Below, one piece after another: positions 48,393 through 58,730 of a stretch of 64,000 nt of DNA. The position numbers and the translations under genes are program-made. Each line of letters opens with the position of its first letter. The stretch's first letter is position 1. The stretch comes from Candidatus Latescibacterota bacterium. GTDB lineage: Bacteria; Latescibacterota; UBA2968; GCA-2709665. A model generated the notes under the pieces. That model was not told the origin of the DNA, ran no database searches, and worked only from the letters and a program-made list of their open reading frames with translations. The DNA lies in NCBI GenBank assembly GCA_965205485.1, contig OZ242180.1, positions 2,624,001-2,688,000 on the forward strand, written 5' to 3'.

Positions 48393-51300
48393 ATGCTTCC
48401 CAAGCGAAGATTGACATTGATCACCGCTCTCGCGGTTGTCGTCCTTGCCGGGCAGGCTTTCGCCGGCCCCAATGCAAACGCTGTATTGTCGCTTGACCTG
48501 ATTCCCGGTGGAGGCGCCGGCAACCGGACGGATGACGGGATTGCGTCAGGGACAGTCTCCGGACGAGGTACGACAGTCGCAATTGAGATTTTTGCGACCG
48601 GCGTGAGGTCCTCTCTGGTGGGAGTGATTCTGAAATTCGACTTCGACGCATCCATGCTGTCATTTGCAAAAGTCGAAAACAGCGCGTTCCCGCTGTCGCT
48701 CCCTGAAGGCTCCGTGGGCGCCAACCTGGCAGCGAGCAATCCCGTCACATTGGCGTCTTCGGGGTTTCTTGGACGGGCGGAGTTTACGACCGTTGCGGAC
48801 GTGACGGGTCGGGGGTTTTCCATTGGCATCGAGTCGGTAACGCTCGCCGAAAGTCCCACTTCAAGCGATGTGCTCAGGACGAACAGCGAGGTCACGTTCA
48901 ACTCGGCGCCCTCTCCCGACTTCGACGGCGATAACTTCGTTGGATTTACGGATTTTCTGATCTTCGCGAGCGCGTTCGGGTCGCGGCAGGGAGATGGCAG
49001 GTATAATTCCGCAGCGGACTTGAATACCGACGGTTCGGTTGACTTTACGGATTTTCTGATCTTCGCCCAGAGCTTTGGAGGTCCGCCGCCCTCGCCGGGC
49101 GGCGGCGGCAGCGGCAACCCTGACCTCGTCGTGCAGTCCCCTTCCTTAAGCAGCAGTCGCGTTTCACCCGGGGCCCCCTTTACGCTTGGCGCGACGGTCC
49201 GGAACCAGGGCAACGGATCGTCTGCCTCGACCACGTTGCACTACTACCGTTCGACCGACGCGACAGTCAACGCCAGCGATACTCAGGTCGGCACGGACGC
49301 GGTGAGCGGACTTGCGGCAGGTAACGTCAGCGCCGAGTCCATCAATCTGACGGCGCCTTCGGGTCCGGGAACCTACTACTACGGCGCCTGCGTCGACGCG
49401 GTATCCGGAGAGTCGAACACCGGGAACAACTGTTCTCCGGCCGTCGCCCTGACGGTTGCTGCGGCGCCACCCCCCACCCCTGGAGCGTCAAAGCTCTACT
49501 GGACGGACTGGGGCACGGACAAGATCCAGCGAGGCAACCTCGACGGTTCCGGAGTGGAAGACCTCGTCTCCGGCAGCGGGCTGGACGGTCCGGACGGATT
49601 GGCGCTGGATATGGCGGGCGGCAAGATGTACTGGACGGATGCCGGCACCAACAAGATCCAACGGGCCGACCTCAGCGGCGCCAACGTGGAGGACCTGGTC
49701 GGGGGCCTGGGAATACCGTACGGTCTGGCCCTGGACGTCTCCGGCGGCAAGATGTACTGGACAAACCGGCAGACGAACAAGATTCAGCGAGCGGACCTCA
49801 ACGGCGCCAATGTCGAAGACCTGATTACCAGCGGTCTGACGTTTCCGGGCGGATTGGCGCTGGACGTGCCCGGCGGCAAGATGTACTGGACGAATCCGGG
49901 CGCGAACAAGATCCAGCGCTCCAACCTGAATGGTTCGGGGGTCGAAGACCTCGTCACCAGCGGCGTTAGCAGTCCGACAGGGATCGCACTCGATGTTTCC
50001 GGCGGCAAGATGTACTGGACGGACCGGCGTTCGGACAAGATCCAGCGGGCGGACCTCAGCGGAGCCAATGTCGAAGACCTGGTCACCAGCGGTCTGGATC
50101 GACCGAATGGTCTGGCGCTTGACGTGTCCGGTGGAAAAATGTACTGGGCGGATGCCGGCACGAACAAGGTGCAACGCGCAAACCTGAACGGCTCCAACGT
50201 GGAAGACCTGGTTACCGGCGCCAACGGACTGGTAGATCCGTCGGGTGTGGCCGTGGGGATGGCGCTCGGCGGCGGGGGTGGAGGCGGTGCCCCGGCGCCG
50301 GACCTGGTTGTCGTATCGCCTTTCGTCAGCAACAGCAGCCCGGCTCCCGGCGCCTCCTTCAGGCTGGGCGCGTCGGTTCGCAACCAGGGTGATCAAATGT
50401 CCGCGGCGACGACATTGCGCTACTACATGTCGAACGACGCGAACATCTCGACAACCGATACGGAAGTTGGAACGGACGCGGTGACGGGCCTTCCGGCGTC
50501 TGGAGGGAATCCCGGATCGGTTGATCTGGCTTTGTCGATTGACCTTACGGCCCCGTCAAACGCCGGAACCTATTATTACGGGGCCTGTGTGGATGCGGTA
50601 TCGGGTGAGTCGGATACCGGGAACAACTGCTCCGCCGCGGCAAGCATTGTGGTCGCGGCGGTGACGCCGCCCCCCACGGGGACTTCGAAGCTGTACTGGT
50701 CGGACTGGGGCACGGACAAGATCCAGCGCGCGGACCTGGACGGATCCAACGTCGAAGATCTGGTCAGCGGCGCGGGGCTGAACGGCCCGGACGGTTTGGC
50801 CCTTGATATGGCGGGCGGCAAGATGTACTGGACGGACGCGGGTACGGCAAAGATTCAGCGTGCGGACCTGGACGGGTCCAACGTGGAGGATCTCATCACC
50901 AGCGGCCTGAGCGTGCCGTACGGCCTGGCGCTCGATGTGTCTACAGGCAAGATGTACTGGACGAACCGACAGAATGGCAAAATCCAGCGCGCGGACCTCG
51001 ACGGGTCCAATGTCGAAGACCTGCTCACACTTGCCGGCCTGGCGTTTCCGGGTGAAATCGCACTCGACGTGGCCAATGGAAAGATGTACTGGACGAATCC
51101 CGGGTCGGACAAGATCCAGCGTGCGGACCTGGACGGCACCAACCTGGAAGACCTCGTGACCAGCGGTCTGAGCAGCCCCACCGGCCTTGCCCTGGACGTG
51201 TCTGGAGGAAAGATGTACTGGACGGATCGTGGGACGCACAAGATTCAGCGCGCCGGTCTGGACGGCTCAAACGTTGAGGACCTGGTCGCCAGCGGCCTGA

Positions 51301-51704
51301 CGAGCCCCAACGGGCTGGACCTGGACGTGTCCGGAGGAAAGATGTACTGGACGGACGTGGATGCCGACAAGGTTCAGCGTGCTGATCTGGACGGGTCCAA
51401 CGTCGAGGACCTGCTCACCGGCGCCGACGGACTGGTCGATCCCTCGGGACTCGCCGTAGGCGCCGCAGGCGGCGGCAGCGGCGGATCCTATGGCGTCGGT
51501 GACGTGCTCCCGAACTTCCCCACCGGTTTCTTCGTTCCCCGGCTTATTCAGAATGCGAACCTGACCATAAGCGGCGGGCGCGCGGTACTCAGTTTCCAGA
51601 ACGGCGGTCTTATCGAACTCCAGGACGGTACCCGTTATACCTGCGTTTCTGCCGGCGGATGCAGCATCGAGGGCGGACGCGTCACCAGGGGTACCTTCGA
51701 ATAG
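48393..51704 (+). CDS. Secreted protein: cohesin-like domain, dockerin/EF-hand pair, 2x(CARDB + YWTD beta-propeller)
   Basis: LVGVILKFDFDASMLSF; PDFDGDNFVGFTDFLIFA / ADLNTDGSVDFTDFLIFA; 12 KMYWTD-type repeats; two YYYGACVD..SGES.TGNNCS domains. Confidence 0.85.
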   Translation: MLPKRRLTLITALAVVVLAGQAFAGPNANAVLSLDLIPGGGAGNRTDDGIASGTVSGRGTTVAIEIFATGVRSSLVGVILKFDFDASMLSFAKVENSAFPLSLPEGSVGANLAASNPVTLASSGFLGRAEFTTVADVTGRGFSIGIESVTLAESPTSSDVLRTNSEVTFNSAPSPDFDGDNFVGFTDFLIFASAFGSRQGDGRYNSAADLNTDGSVDFTDFLIFAQSFGGPPPSPGGGGSGNPDLVVQSPSLSSSRVSPGAPFTLGATVRNQGNGSSASTTLHYYRSTDATVNASDTQVGTDAVSGLAAGNVSAESINLTAPSGPGTYYYGACVDAVSGESNTGNNCSPAVALTVAAAPPPTPGASKLYWTDWGTDKIQRGNLDGSGVEDLVSGSGLDGPDGLALDMAGGKMYWTDAGTNKIQRADLSGANVEDLVGGLGIPYGLALDVSGGKMYWTNRQTNKIQRADLNGANVEDLITSGLTFPGGLALDVPGGKMYWTNPGANKIQRSNLNGSGVEDLVTSGVSSPTGIALDVSGGKMYWTDRRSDKIQRADLSGANVEDLVTSGLDRPNGLALDVSGGKMYWADAGTNKVQRANLNGSNVEDLVTGANGLVDPSGVAVGMALGGGGGGGAPAPDLVVVSPFVSNSSPAPGASFRLGASVRNQGDQMSAATTLRYYMSNDANISTTDTEVGTDAVTGLPASGGNPGSVDLALSIDLTAPSNAGTYYYGACVDAVSGESDTGNNCSAAASIVVAAVTPPPTGTSKLYWSDWGTDKIQRADLDGSNVEDLVSGAGLNGPDGLALDMAGGKMYWTDAGTAKIQRADLDGSNVEDLITSGLSVPYGLALDVSTGKMYWTNRQNGKIQRADLDGSNVEDLLTLAGLAFPGEIALDVANGKMYWTNPGSDKIQRADLDGTNLEDLVTSGLSSPTGLALDVSGGKMYWTDRGTHKIQRAGLDGSNVEDLVASGLTSPNGLDLDVSGGKMYWTDVDADKVQRADLDGSNVEDLLTGADGLVDPSGLAVGAAGGGSGGSYGVGDVLPNFPTGFFVPRLIQNANLTISGGRAVLSFQNGGLIELQDGTRYTCVSAGGCSIEGGRVTRGTFE

Positions 51705-51717
51705 GGGCAGCTGACTT

Positions 51718-54700
51718 ATGGTCTGGCCAATTACGAATCGTCGATTCGCCTTGTTGTCACTGGTTGTCGTCGTAACGGCATTTGCCCTGCCGGCTTCGGG
51801 TTACGCCCAGGTTCCCGTACCCGCGGTCCAGGAGTCGATCACCGTTTCGACGTCAGGTACGTTGACCGAGGCGACGCTGGACGGCAGAGAGTTTACGGTG
51901 ACGCTCGCGGGGCGCACATTCGAGCGATCCATCTTCGATATCCGGCGCGCGGTGTCGGTCTCGGGCATTGCCGGCGTGAGCGTGGGCACGTTCGGGATTT
52001 CGCGTGCAAGCGATACCAGGCTGACGATAGAACTGGATTTCAACGGCGACTTCGACGAAGAAGGAACACTCACGTTCACGGTTGGTTCGGGGGCCATCGC
52101 GGCATACAACGGCGCCGCGCTCACGAGAGATGTATCTGTCCCGTCGGTGGAAGAAACGGTCGAGGCGTCGACCGCGTCGCCGTTGACCGAGGCGACGCTG
52201 GACGGGAGCGTGGTTACGCTGACACTGGCCGGACGCGCGTACGAGAGTTCCATTTTCGACGTTCGTGACGGCGTGTCGGTCTCGGGTATTGCGGGCGTGA
52301 GCGTGGGCACGTTCGGCGTGCGGCGTGTCAGCGACACGAAAGTGACCGTTGAGCTCGACTTCAGCGGAAACATCGACAGCGACGGCACGCTGACGTTCAC
52401 GGTCGGCTCAGGGGCGATCGCGAACTACAACGGCGCCGCGCTGACCGCTGATTTGACCGTGAGCGCGGGATCGGAAACGGTGACTGCGACGACGGCGTCG
52501 CCGTTAACGGAGGCGACGCTGGACGGGAGCGTGGTGACGTTGACGCTTTCGGGCGGCGCGTACGAGAGATCGATCTTTGACGTACGGGGCGGCGTGTCGG
52601 TCTCGGGAATCGCGGGCGTGAGCGTGGGCACGTTCGGTATCCAGCGCAAGAGTGATACGGTGGTAACGGTCGAGCTCAGCTTTAACGGAGACATCGACAG
52701 CGACGGTACGCTGACGTTCACGGTTGGCTCAGGGGCGATCGCGAACTACAACGGGTCCGCGCTTACCGACCAGATGTCTGTGGTTGCACTGGAGGAAGCC
52801 GTCGTTGCAACAGCGGCGCGGTCCTTGACCGAGGCGACATTGAACGGGAGCGTCGTGACACTCACGCTTTCTGGTCGTTCATACGCGAGTTCCATCTTCG
52901 ACGTTCGGCGCGGTGTGTCGGTATCGGGGATTACGGGCGTGAGCGTGGGTACGTTCGGCGTCCAGCGGGTGAGCGATACAAAGGTAACCGTAGAGCTGTC
53001 GTTTAGCGGCAATATCGACAGCGACGGTACGTTAACGTTTACCGTGGGCGCCGATGCGATCAAGGACTACAATGGCGCCGCGCTCACCGCGACGCTGCCG
53101 GTCAGCTCCGGAATGGAATCGGTGACGGCGTCGACGGCGTCGCCGTTAACTGAGGCAACGCTCAACGGGAGTGTCGTGACGCTGACGCTGATGGACGGCG
53201 TCTATGCCAGCTCTATCTTCGACATTAGAGGCGCGGTGACGGTGTCGGGAATTACGGGCGTTAGCGTGGGCACCTTCGGCGTGCAACGGGCGAGCGACAC
53301 CAAGTTGACCGTCACGCTGACCTTTAATGGCGACTTTGATGCCGACGGCACGCTGACGTTCACGGTGGGCGCAGGGGCCATCGCCAGTTACAGCGGCGTC
53401 GCGCTCACCGCGACGCTGCCGGTGAGCGCGGGGATGGAATCGGTGACAGCGTCGACAACGTCTCCCTTGACCGAGGCAACACTGGACGGGAGCGTGGTGA
53501 CACTCACGCTTACGGGCGCCGCGTACACGAGGTCCGCCCTCGACATTCGGGATGCCGTGTCGGTGTCGGGAATTGCGGGGGCGAGTATCGAGAGGTTCGG
53601 AATCAGACGCGTCAGCGACACGGTAACGACGGCCGAGCTCGAATTCAACGGCAACATGGACGCCGACGGCACGTTGACGTTCACGGTGGGCGCGGACGCG
53701 ATTGCGAATTACAACGGTGATCCGCTTACCGCGACGTTGCCGGTTACCGCGGACACAGGTGGCGGGACGAATCAGGTACCCACGTTCAGCGAGGGCGCCA
53801 GCGCAACACGCAGCTTCGCAGAGAATACGCCCGCCGGACAGAACATAGGCAGCCCGGTGACGGCGACGGATAACGACGGCGGTACGCCGTCTTACAGCCT
53901 GGAGGGTACGGATGCCGCGAGTTTCGTCCTCGTCTCAACCAGCGGCCAGCTGCAGACCAAAACGGGTGTCATCTACGACTACGAGGTGAAGAACCGCTAC
54001 GAGGTGACGGTGCGGGTGTCCGACGGCCAGGGCGGCAGCGCCACCATTGACGTGACCATCAACCTGACCGACGTGAGCGAAACGCAGGCGAATCCGGAGC
54101 TCTATTGGACGGACTGGGGTACGCAGAAGATCCAGCGTGCGGACCTGGACGGCTCGAACGTGGAAGACGTGGTCACCAGCGGTCTGAATACCCCGGTCGG
54201 GTTGGCAGTGGACCTGTCTGCCGGGAAGATGTACTGGACCGATTCGGGCACGCAGAAGATCCGGCGTGCGGACCTGGACGGCTCCAACGTTGAAGACCTG
54301 ATCACCAGCGGTTTGGACACGCCCGTCTGGCTGGCGCTGGACGTGGCTGGCGGCAAGATGTACTGGACCGACTGGGGTACGGACAGGATCCGGCGCGCGG
54401 ATCTGGACGGCTCCAACGTTGAGAACCTGGTGGTCGCCGGAGGTTTGAACAGCCCGGCCGGCCTGGTTCTGGACGTGTCCGGCGGCAAGATGTACTGGAC
54501 GGACTCGTCGGCTGACAAGATCCAGCGTGCGGACCTGGACGGCTCGAACGTGGAAGACCTGATCACCAGCGGTTTCGGGAGTCCCAGCGGTCTGGCGCTG
54601 GACGTGGTACACGGCAAGATGTACTTCACGGATCGCGAAACAGGCGTGATTCAGCGAGCCGACCTTGACGGCTCCAATATCGAAGACGTTATCACCCGCG

Positions 54701-55872
54701 GTCTGGCCAAACCAGTCGAGGTGGACCTGGACCTGGCCGCGGGCAAGATGTACTGGACGGACCTGGACAACGACAGGATCCAGCGCGCCGATCTGGACGG
54801 TTCAAACGTGGAAGACCTTGTGACCGGATCCGATGGCCTGGACAATCCATTCGGTCTGGCCCTCGCGGTTGCCCCCGCTCCCACGCCGCCGGCGCCGCAG
54901 GGCCCGTGCGCGACCGGAAGCGCTGTACCCAACCCTGCCGCAAACCCGTGGCTGGTCTCCGACTGCAATGTCCTGCTGGAGGCGAAGGATCCACTGAGAG
55001 GGACAGCGACGCTGAACTGGTCGGAGAATACCGCGATCGCGACGTGGGACGGCGTCACAATCAGCGGTACGCCGCAGCGCGTAACGAACTTGAGACTCTG
55101 GAACAAGAGCCTGAACGGAACGATACCGGCCGGGTTGAGCCGCCTGACGGGCCTGAACGCGTTGCAATTCGGCTACAACCAGTTGACAGGGACCATCCCC
55201 GCGGAACTGGGTACGATGACCGGCCTGACCCATCTGGTTCTTCCGAGCAACCGTTTGACCGGTACCATCCCCGCGGAGCTGAAAAACCTGACCAACCTTC
55301 GAAAGTTGGCCCTTCAGATCAATGGGTTGACCGGTAGTATCCCGTCATGGGTAGGTACCCTGCGCCGTTTGCAGATACTGAACCTCTACGAGAACCAGTT
55401 GACCGGCGCAATCCCGACTGAGCTGGGCAACCTGACCGAACTGTGGCAGCTGCTCATATTCGGTAACCGGTTTACCGGTACGATCCCCGCGGAACTGGGA
55501 AATCTGAGTCTGCTGCAGGAAGTGCGCCTGGACGACAACAGGCTGACCGGGTCCATTCCCTCGACATTAAGCGGACTGGCCAGATTGGGCCTGCTGTATC
55601 TCTCGGGGAACTCGCTGACAGGTTGCGTCCCGCCATCATTGAGGGACGTTTCCCAAAATGATCTGGACAAGCTCAATTTGCCGGACTGCACTCAGACCCA
55701 GGGACAGAAGACGGCGGACTTCAACGGCGACGGCATCGTGAACTTCGCGGACTTCTTCGACTTCGTGGACGCCTTCGGCACCACGGACGCGAAATACGAC
55801 CTCGACGACAACGGCATCGTGAACTTCGCCGACTTCTTCGAGTTTGTAGATGCGTTCGGTACGTCAGGATAG
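51718..55872 (+). CDS. Secreted adhesin-like protein: 6x107-aa repeats, cadherin, YWTD propeller, plant-type LRRs, C-terminal dockerin/EF-hand pair
   Basis: Signal peptide; cadherin motifs ENTPAG, ATDND and YDYEVK; 6 YWTD-type repeats; NxLTGxIP LRRs; ADFNGDGIVNFADFF / DLDDNGIVNFADFF. Confidence 0.88.
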   Translation: MVWPITNRRFALLSLVVVVTAFALPASGYAQVPVPAVQESITVSTSGTLTEATLDGREFTVTLAGRTFERSIFDIRRAVSVSGIAGVSVGTFGISRASDTRLTIELDFNGDFDEEGTLTFTVGSGAIAAYNGAALTRDVSVPSVEETVEASTASPLTEATLDGSVVTLTLAGRAYESSIFDVRDGVSVSGIAGVSVGTFGVRRVSDTKVTVELDFSGNIDSDGTLTFTVGSGAIANYNGAALTADLTVSAGSETVTATTASPLTEATLDGSVVTLTLSGGAYERSIFDVRGGVSVSGIAGVSVGTFGIQRKSDTVVTVELSFNGDIDSDGTLTFTVGSGAIANYNGSALTDQMSVVALEEAVVATAARSLTEATLNGSVVTLTLSGRSYASSIFDVRRGVSVSGITGVSVGTFGVQRVSDTKVTVELSFSGNIDSDGTLTFTVGADAIKDYNGAALTATLPVSSGMESVTASTASPLTEATLNGSVVTLTLMDGVYASSIFDIRGAVTVSGITGVSVGTFGVQRASDTKLTVTLTFNGDFDADGTLTFTVGAGAIASYSGVALTATLPVSAGMESVTASTTSPLTEATLDGSVVTLTLTGAAYTRSALDIRDAVSVSGIAGASIERFGIRRVSDTVTTAELEFNGNMDADGTLTFTVGADAIANYNGDPLTATLPVTADTGGGTNQVPTFSEGASATRSFAENTPAGQNIGSPVTATDNDGGTPSYSLEGTDAASFVLVSTSGQLQTKTGVIYDYEVKNRYEVTVRVSDGQGGSATIDVTINLTDVSETQANPELYWTDWGTQKIQRADLDGSNVEDVVTSGLNTPVGLAVDLSAGKMYWTDSGTQKIRRADLDGSNVEDLITSGLDTPVWLALDVAGGKMYWTDWGTDRIRRADLDGSNVENLVVAGGLNSPAGLVLDVSGGKMYWTDSSADKIQRADLDGSNVEDLITSGFGSPSGLALDVVHGKMYFTDRETGVIQRADLDGSNIEDVITRGLAKPVEVDLDLAAGKMYWTDLDNDRIQRADLDGSNVEDLVTGSDGLDNPFGLALAVAPAPTPPAPQGPCATGSAVPNPAANPWLVSDCNVLLEAKDPLRGTATLNWSENTAIATWDGVTISGTPQRVTNLRLWNKSLNGTIPAGLSRLTGLNALQFGYNQLTGTIPAELGTMTGLTHLVLPSNRLTGTIPAELKNLTNLRKLALQINGLTGSIPSWVGTLRRLQILNLYENQLTGAIPTELGNLTELWQLLIFGNRFTGTIPAELGNLSLLQEVRLDDNRLTGSIPSTLSGLARLGLLYLSGNSLTGCVPPSLRDVSQNDLDKLNLPDCTQTQGQKTADFNGDGIVNFADFFDFVDAFGTTDAKYDLDDNGIVNFADFFEFVDAFGTSG
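51832..53757 (+). repeat. Six tandem 321-bp coding repeats
   Basis: The LTEATL codon starts at 51862, 52183, 52504, 52825, 53146 and 53467, an exact 321-bp period. Confidence 0.92.
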
Positions 55873-55972
55873 GCCCACGCGTAACGTATTCATGTGCGTG
55901 TGAACGGGCTAAGCGGCACTTTTGACCCGACACGTGTAGAATCTGAACCCATTCAAGAAGGAGGAATTGAAC

Positions 55973-56410
55973 ATGAAACCGTATCTCGTATCGGCAATCG
56001 CCGTACTGACCCTGTCGGGCTGCATGGTGGCGCAACACCACCGATCGTCTGTGCGGGATGACGAGGGCGACCGGATGACCGTGGGAGTGGTTCAGAAGGA
56101 AATCAGAGTGGGCATGAGCGGCGCCGAAGTCGCGCAGGCTCTCGGATCGCCGAACGTCGTCTCGACCGACGAAGAGCGGCGGGAAGTGTGGATATATGAC
56201 AAGATTTCCACGGAAAAGGCATACTCGTCCAGCAAGGCCGGTATTCCATCTCTCATTCTTGTGGGATTGGTCGATTTTGCATTCAGGGGCGCCAAGTTGG
56301 CCGGAGACTCCGGAGCCGAATCGACGTCGCAGAGAACGCTCACCGTAATCATAAAATTCGACGAGGACAAGAAGGTGAGGGACTTCGCCTATCACGCGTC
56401 GCGGTTCTGA
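55973..56410 (+). CDS. SmpA/OmlA (BamE)-like lipoprotein
   Basis: Lipobox LSGC; IRVGMSGAEVAQALGSP..., EVWIY and LTVIIKFDEDKKV motifs; RBS aggagg. Confidence 0.75.
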   Translation: MKPYLVSAIAVLTLSGCMVAQHHRSSVRDDEGDRMTVGVVQKEIRVGMSGAEVAQALGSPNVVSTDEERREVWIYDKISTEKAYSSSKAGIPSLILVGLVDFAFRGAKLAGDSGAESTSQRTLTVIIKFDEDKKVRDFAYHASRF

Positions 56411-56471
56411 GACTTGTGCGCCAGGAATGGGATCAGGCAGGTGACGCAGTCGATCCGAGGGAGGTCCGAGG

Positions 56472-57083
56472 ATGAACCAATCAAGGATCCATCCGGTAAT
56501 GCCGCTTGTCATGGCGGCTCTGGTGTTGACAGGCTGTGCCAGGGGCGGCCTGCCCGCGCATGTCCTGAGACTGACGCCGGAGTCACTGCAAAACCGGGCT
56601 TTACAGACAAGAAAATACGAAGGGATTTCGGAAGCCGATCTCTTGTCCGCGTCGACCGGCGTGATTCAGGACCTGGGTTTCATCATCGATGAGAGCGAGA
56701 CCAGTCTCGGACTCATCGTTGGCTCAAAAGACAGAGATGCGGATCCTGACGCGGCACAGCGCGCGGAGCAGGTGCTGGTTGGCGCGACGACGTTCCTGCT
56801 TGCTGTGATGGCTGCGGCTGCTGCGAAAGACGGAGATGTCTTTGACCAGATCTTTCACGTACCCGCCGTCGACGACTATCAGAAGCTGTGGGCGTCCATC
56901 GTAATTCGTCGGTCGTCGGAGGATAACGACAGCATACACTACGTAAGAGTGACGTTTCAGCGGATTGTCTGGAATACAGATGACGAAGTGGCGCGGCTTC
57001 AAAGCCTGGATGAACCGGAGATGTACCAGAGGTTCTTCGATCTACTCTCAAAGTCAATTCTGTTGGAAGGGCAGGAAATATGA
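56472..57083 (+). CDS. Uncharacterised lipoprotein (paralog family, divergent member)
   Basis: Lipobox LTGC; RALQTRKY, IQDLGFIIDE and YQRFFDLLSKSILLE motifs. Confidence 0.75.
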   Translation: MNQSRIHPVMPLVMAALVLTGCARGGLPAHVLRLTPESLQNRALQTRKYEGISEADLLSASTGVIQDLGFIIDESETSLGLIVGSKDRDADPDAAQRAEQVLVGATTFLLAVMAAAAAKDGDVFDQIFHVPAVDDYQKLWASIVIRRSSEDNDSIHYVRVTFQRIVWNTDDEVARLQSLDEPEMYQRFFDLLSKSILLEGQEI

Positions 57084-57529
57084 CAGCAACCGGGAAATTG
57101 GCGGTCGCGATTGGCGCATTGTTCGTTTATTCCGCGTGCGCGTCATCGAAAGAGCATCTGTTGAAGATGGACGAAAGCCAGGTCGAGATGCGAAGCATGC
57201 AGACCCGTGCATTCGACACGACCGATAAAGAAGGCATGCTCAGAACTGTGATTTCCACACTTCAGGACCTGGGCTATATCGTGAATGAGGCGAATGAAGT
57301 GATCGGAACGGTCAGCGCCCGAACAACGGACATAAAGTACAAGCTGTTTTCCAAGAAGAAACTTCCGCTCCTGATCACCGTAACGGTCCGCCCGAGGGGC
57401 GAAACCCAGTTGTTGGTGCGAGCGAACGCGCAGTTCGACGATAAAGCGGTAAGAAACCCGCTCGTATATCAGAATTTCTTCAACGTTTTGGAAAAATCAA
57501 TCTACCTGTCCGCTCACGAAGTTGACTGA
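57080..57529 (+). CDS. Uncharacterised lipoprotein (paralog family)
   Basis: YSAC lipobox-like site; RSMQTRAFDTTD, LQDLGY, TVTVRPRGE and YQNFF..LEKS motifs. Confidence 0.8.
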   Translation: MTATGKLAVAIGALFVYSACASSKEHLLKMDESQVEMRSMQTRAFDTTDKEGMLRTVISTLQDLGYIVNEANEVIGTVSARTTDIKYKLFSKKKLPLLITVTVRPRGETQLLVRANAQFDDKAVRNPLVYQNFFNVLEKSIYLSAHEVD

Positions 57530-57597
57530 GTGGATGCTATTTCTGCCCTAACCTCGTCGCTTCCATACAAGCGGTGATTCACCAGGGAAACAGCAAT

Positions 57598-58023
57598 ATG
57601 GGATTTTCCAGGATAGCGTTCACCGCAATTGTCACCGCGATTTCAGTCGGTTTGTCCGGATGCGCAACTCCCAAAAGGCAATTGATGAAGATGGACACCA
57701 GTCAAATCAACCTGCGGAGCATGCAGACCCGCGCATTTGACACCACGGACGAAAAAAAGGCGCTCAGGAGCGTTATATCCACACTTCAGGATTTCGACTT
57801 TCTCATAGACGAAGCCAATAAGGTGCTCGGCGTTATCAGCGCGACAAGAAGGAACGATTGGGCGCAAATGACGGTAACCGTGCGTCCAAGGGGCGAAACC
57901 CAGGTCGAGGTGCGCGCCAATCTGGAATACAATCGCAAGGGAGTCGAAGATCCTTCAATTTACCGGAAGTTTTTCAGGTTCCTGGAAAAATCGATGTTTC
58001 TGACCGCTCACGAGGTCGATTGA
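57598..58023 (+). CDS. Uncharacterised lipoprotein (paralog family)
   Basis: Lipobox LSGC; RSMQTRAFDTTD, TVTVRPRGE and LEKSMFLTAHEVD motifs. Confidence 0.8.
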   Translation: MGFSRIAFTAIVTAISVGLSGCATPKRQLMKMDTSQINLRSMQTRAFDTTDEKKALRSVISTLQDFDFLIDEANKVLGVISATRRNDWAQMTVTVRPRGETQVEVRANLEYNRKGVEDPSIYRKFFRFLEKSMFLTAHEVD

Positions 58024-58079
58024 ACGGCCCTGAACGTCATCCATAACGATATTGCCGTAAATACTGTGGGTACAGAATT

Positions 58080-58511
58080 ATGAAGAATCCCAGCATCATC
58101 GCAACGCTGATTCTCACGTTCTTCGGGCTCTCAGGCGGCGTCTGCATGTCGAAAGAAAAAAAACCATTGAAGTTGGAGTTGGCTGAAAGTCCACTGAAAA
58201 TCCGAAGCATGCAGACCCGTGCGTTCGATACCACGGATGAGAACAGGACGTTGAGAGCCATCATCGCCACACTTCAGGATTTCGGTTTTGTCATTAAAAA
58301 GGCGGACGAGGCGCTCGGGACGATCACAGCCAGAAGAATCGACAAATATCCAATTCGATTAACGGTAACCGTACGTAGCAGGCGCACAACGCAGGTGCTG
58401 GTGCGTATGAATGCGTACTACCGCGGTCCGGTCAGGGAACCCGTTATATACCAGAATTTCTTCACGTCCCTGGCGAATTCCATGTTTCTCACCGCAAACC
58501 CGATCCAGTAA
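58080..58511 (+). CDS. Uncharacterised exported protein (paralog family, degenerate lipobox)
   Basis: LSGGVC; RSMQTRAFDTTD, LQDFGF and YQNFF..LANSMFLTA motifs. Confidence 0.78.
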   Translation: MKNPSIIATLILTFFGLSGGVCMSKEKKPLKLELAESPLKIRSMQTRAFDTTDENRTLRAIIATLQDFGFVIKKADEALGTITARRIDKYPIRLTVTVRSRRTTQVLVRMNAYYRGPVREPVIYQNFFTSLANSMFLTANPIQ

Positions 58512-58730
58512 ACGACCTTCGCGCATTTTTCTCCACAGCATAGTTCCATTTGCGTCCCCACAGGCTTGAGCTGATGTTCGCAAAAGTACTGCCGAATCTG
58601 TCGCATTTTGCGACAGTTGCCCCGCGTGCCGCGCCCCGGGATACCGGATGATTGCTCACCTGGTTCCCGCCTACCAATCCCGGGAACACCACCGACGCGA
58701 GCGAAAACTGGACTTATCCGGGAGGTACGA

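Noticed and set aside
49490..54870. Regular aagatgtactggacg repeats as a possible CRISPR array or DGR template
   Set aside because: They are in-frame YWTD coding repeats with conserved intervening sequence. No cas or reverse transcriptase gene was found in the window.
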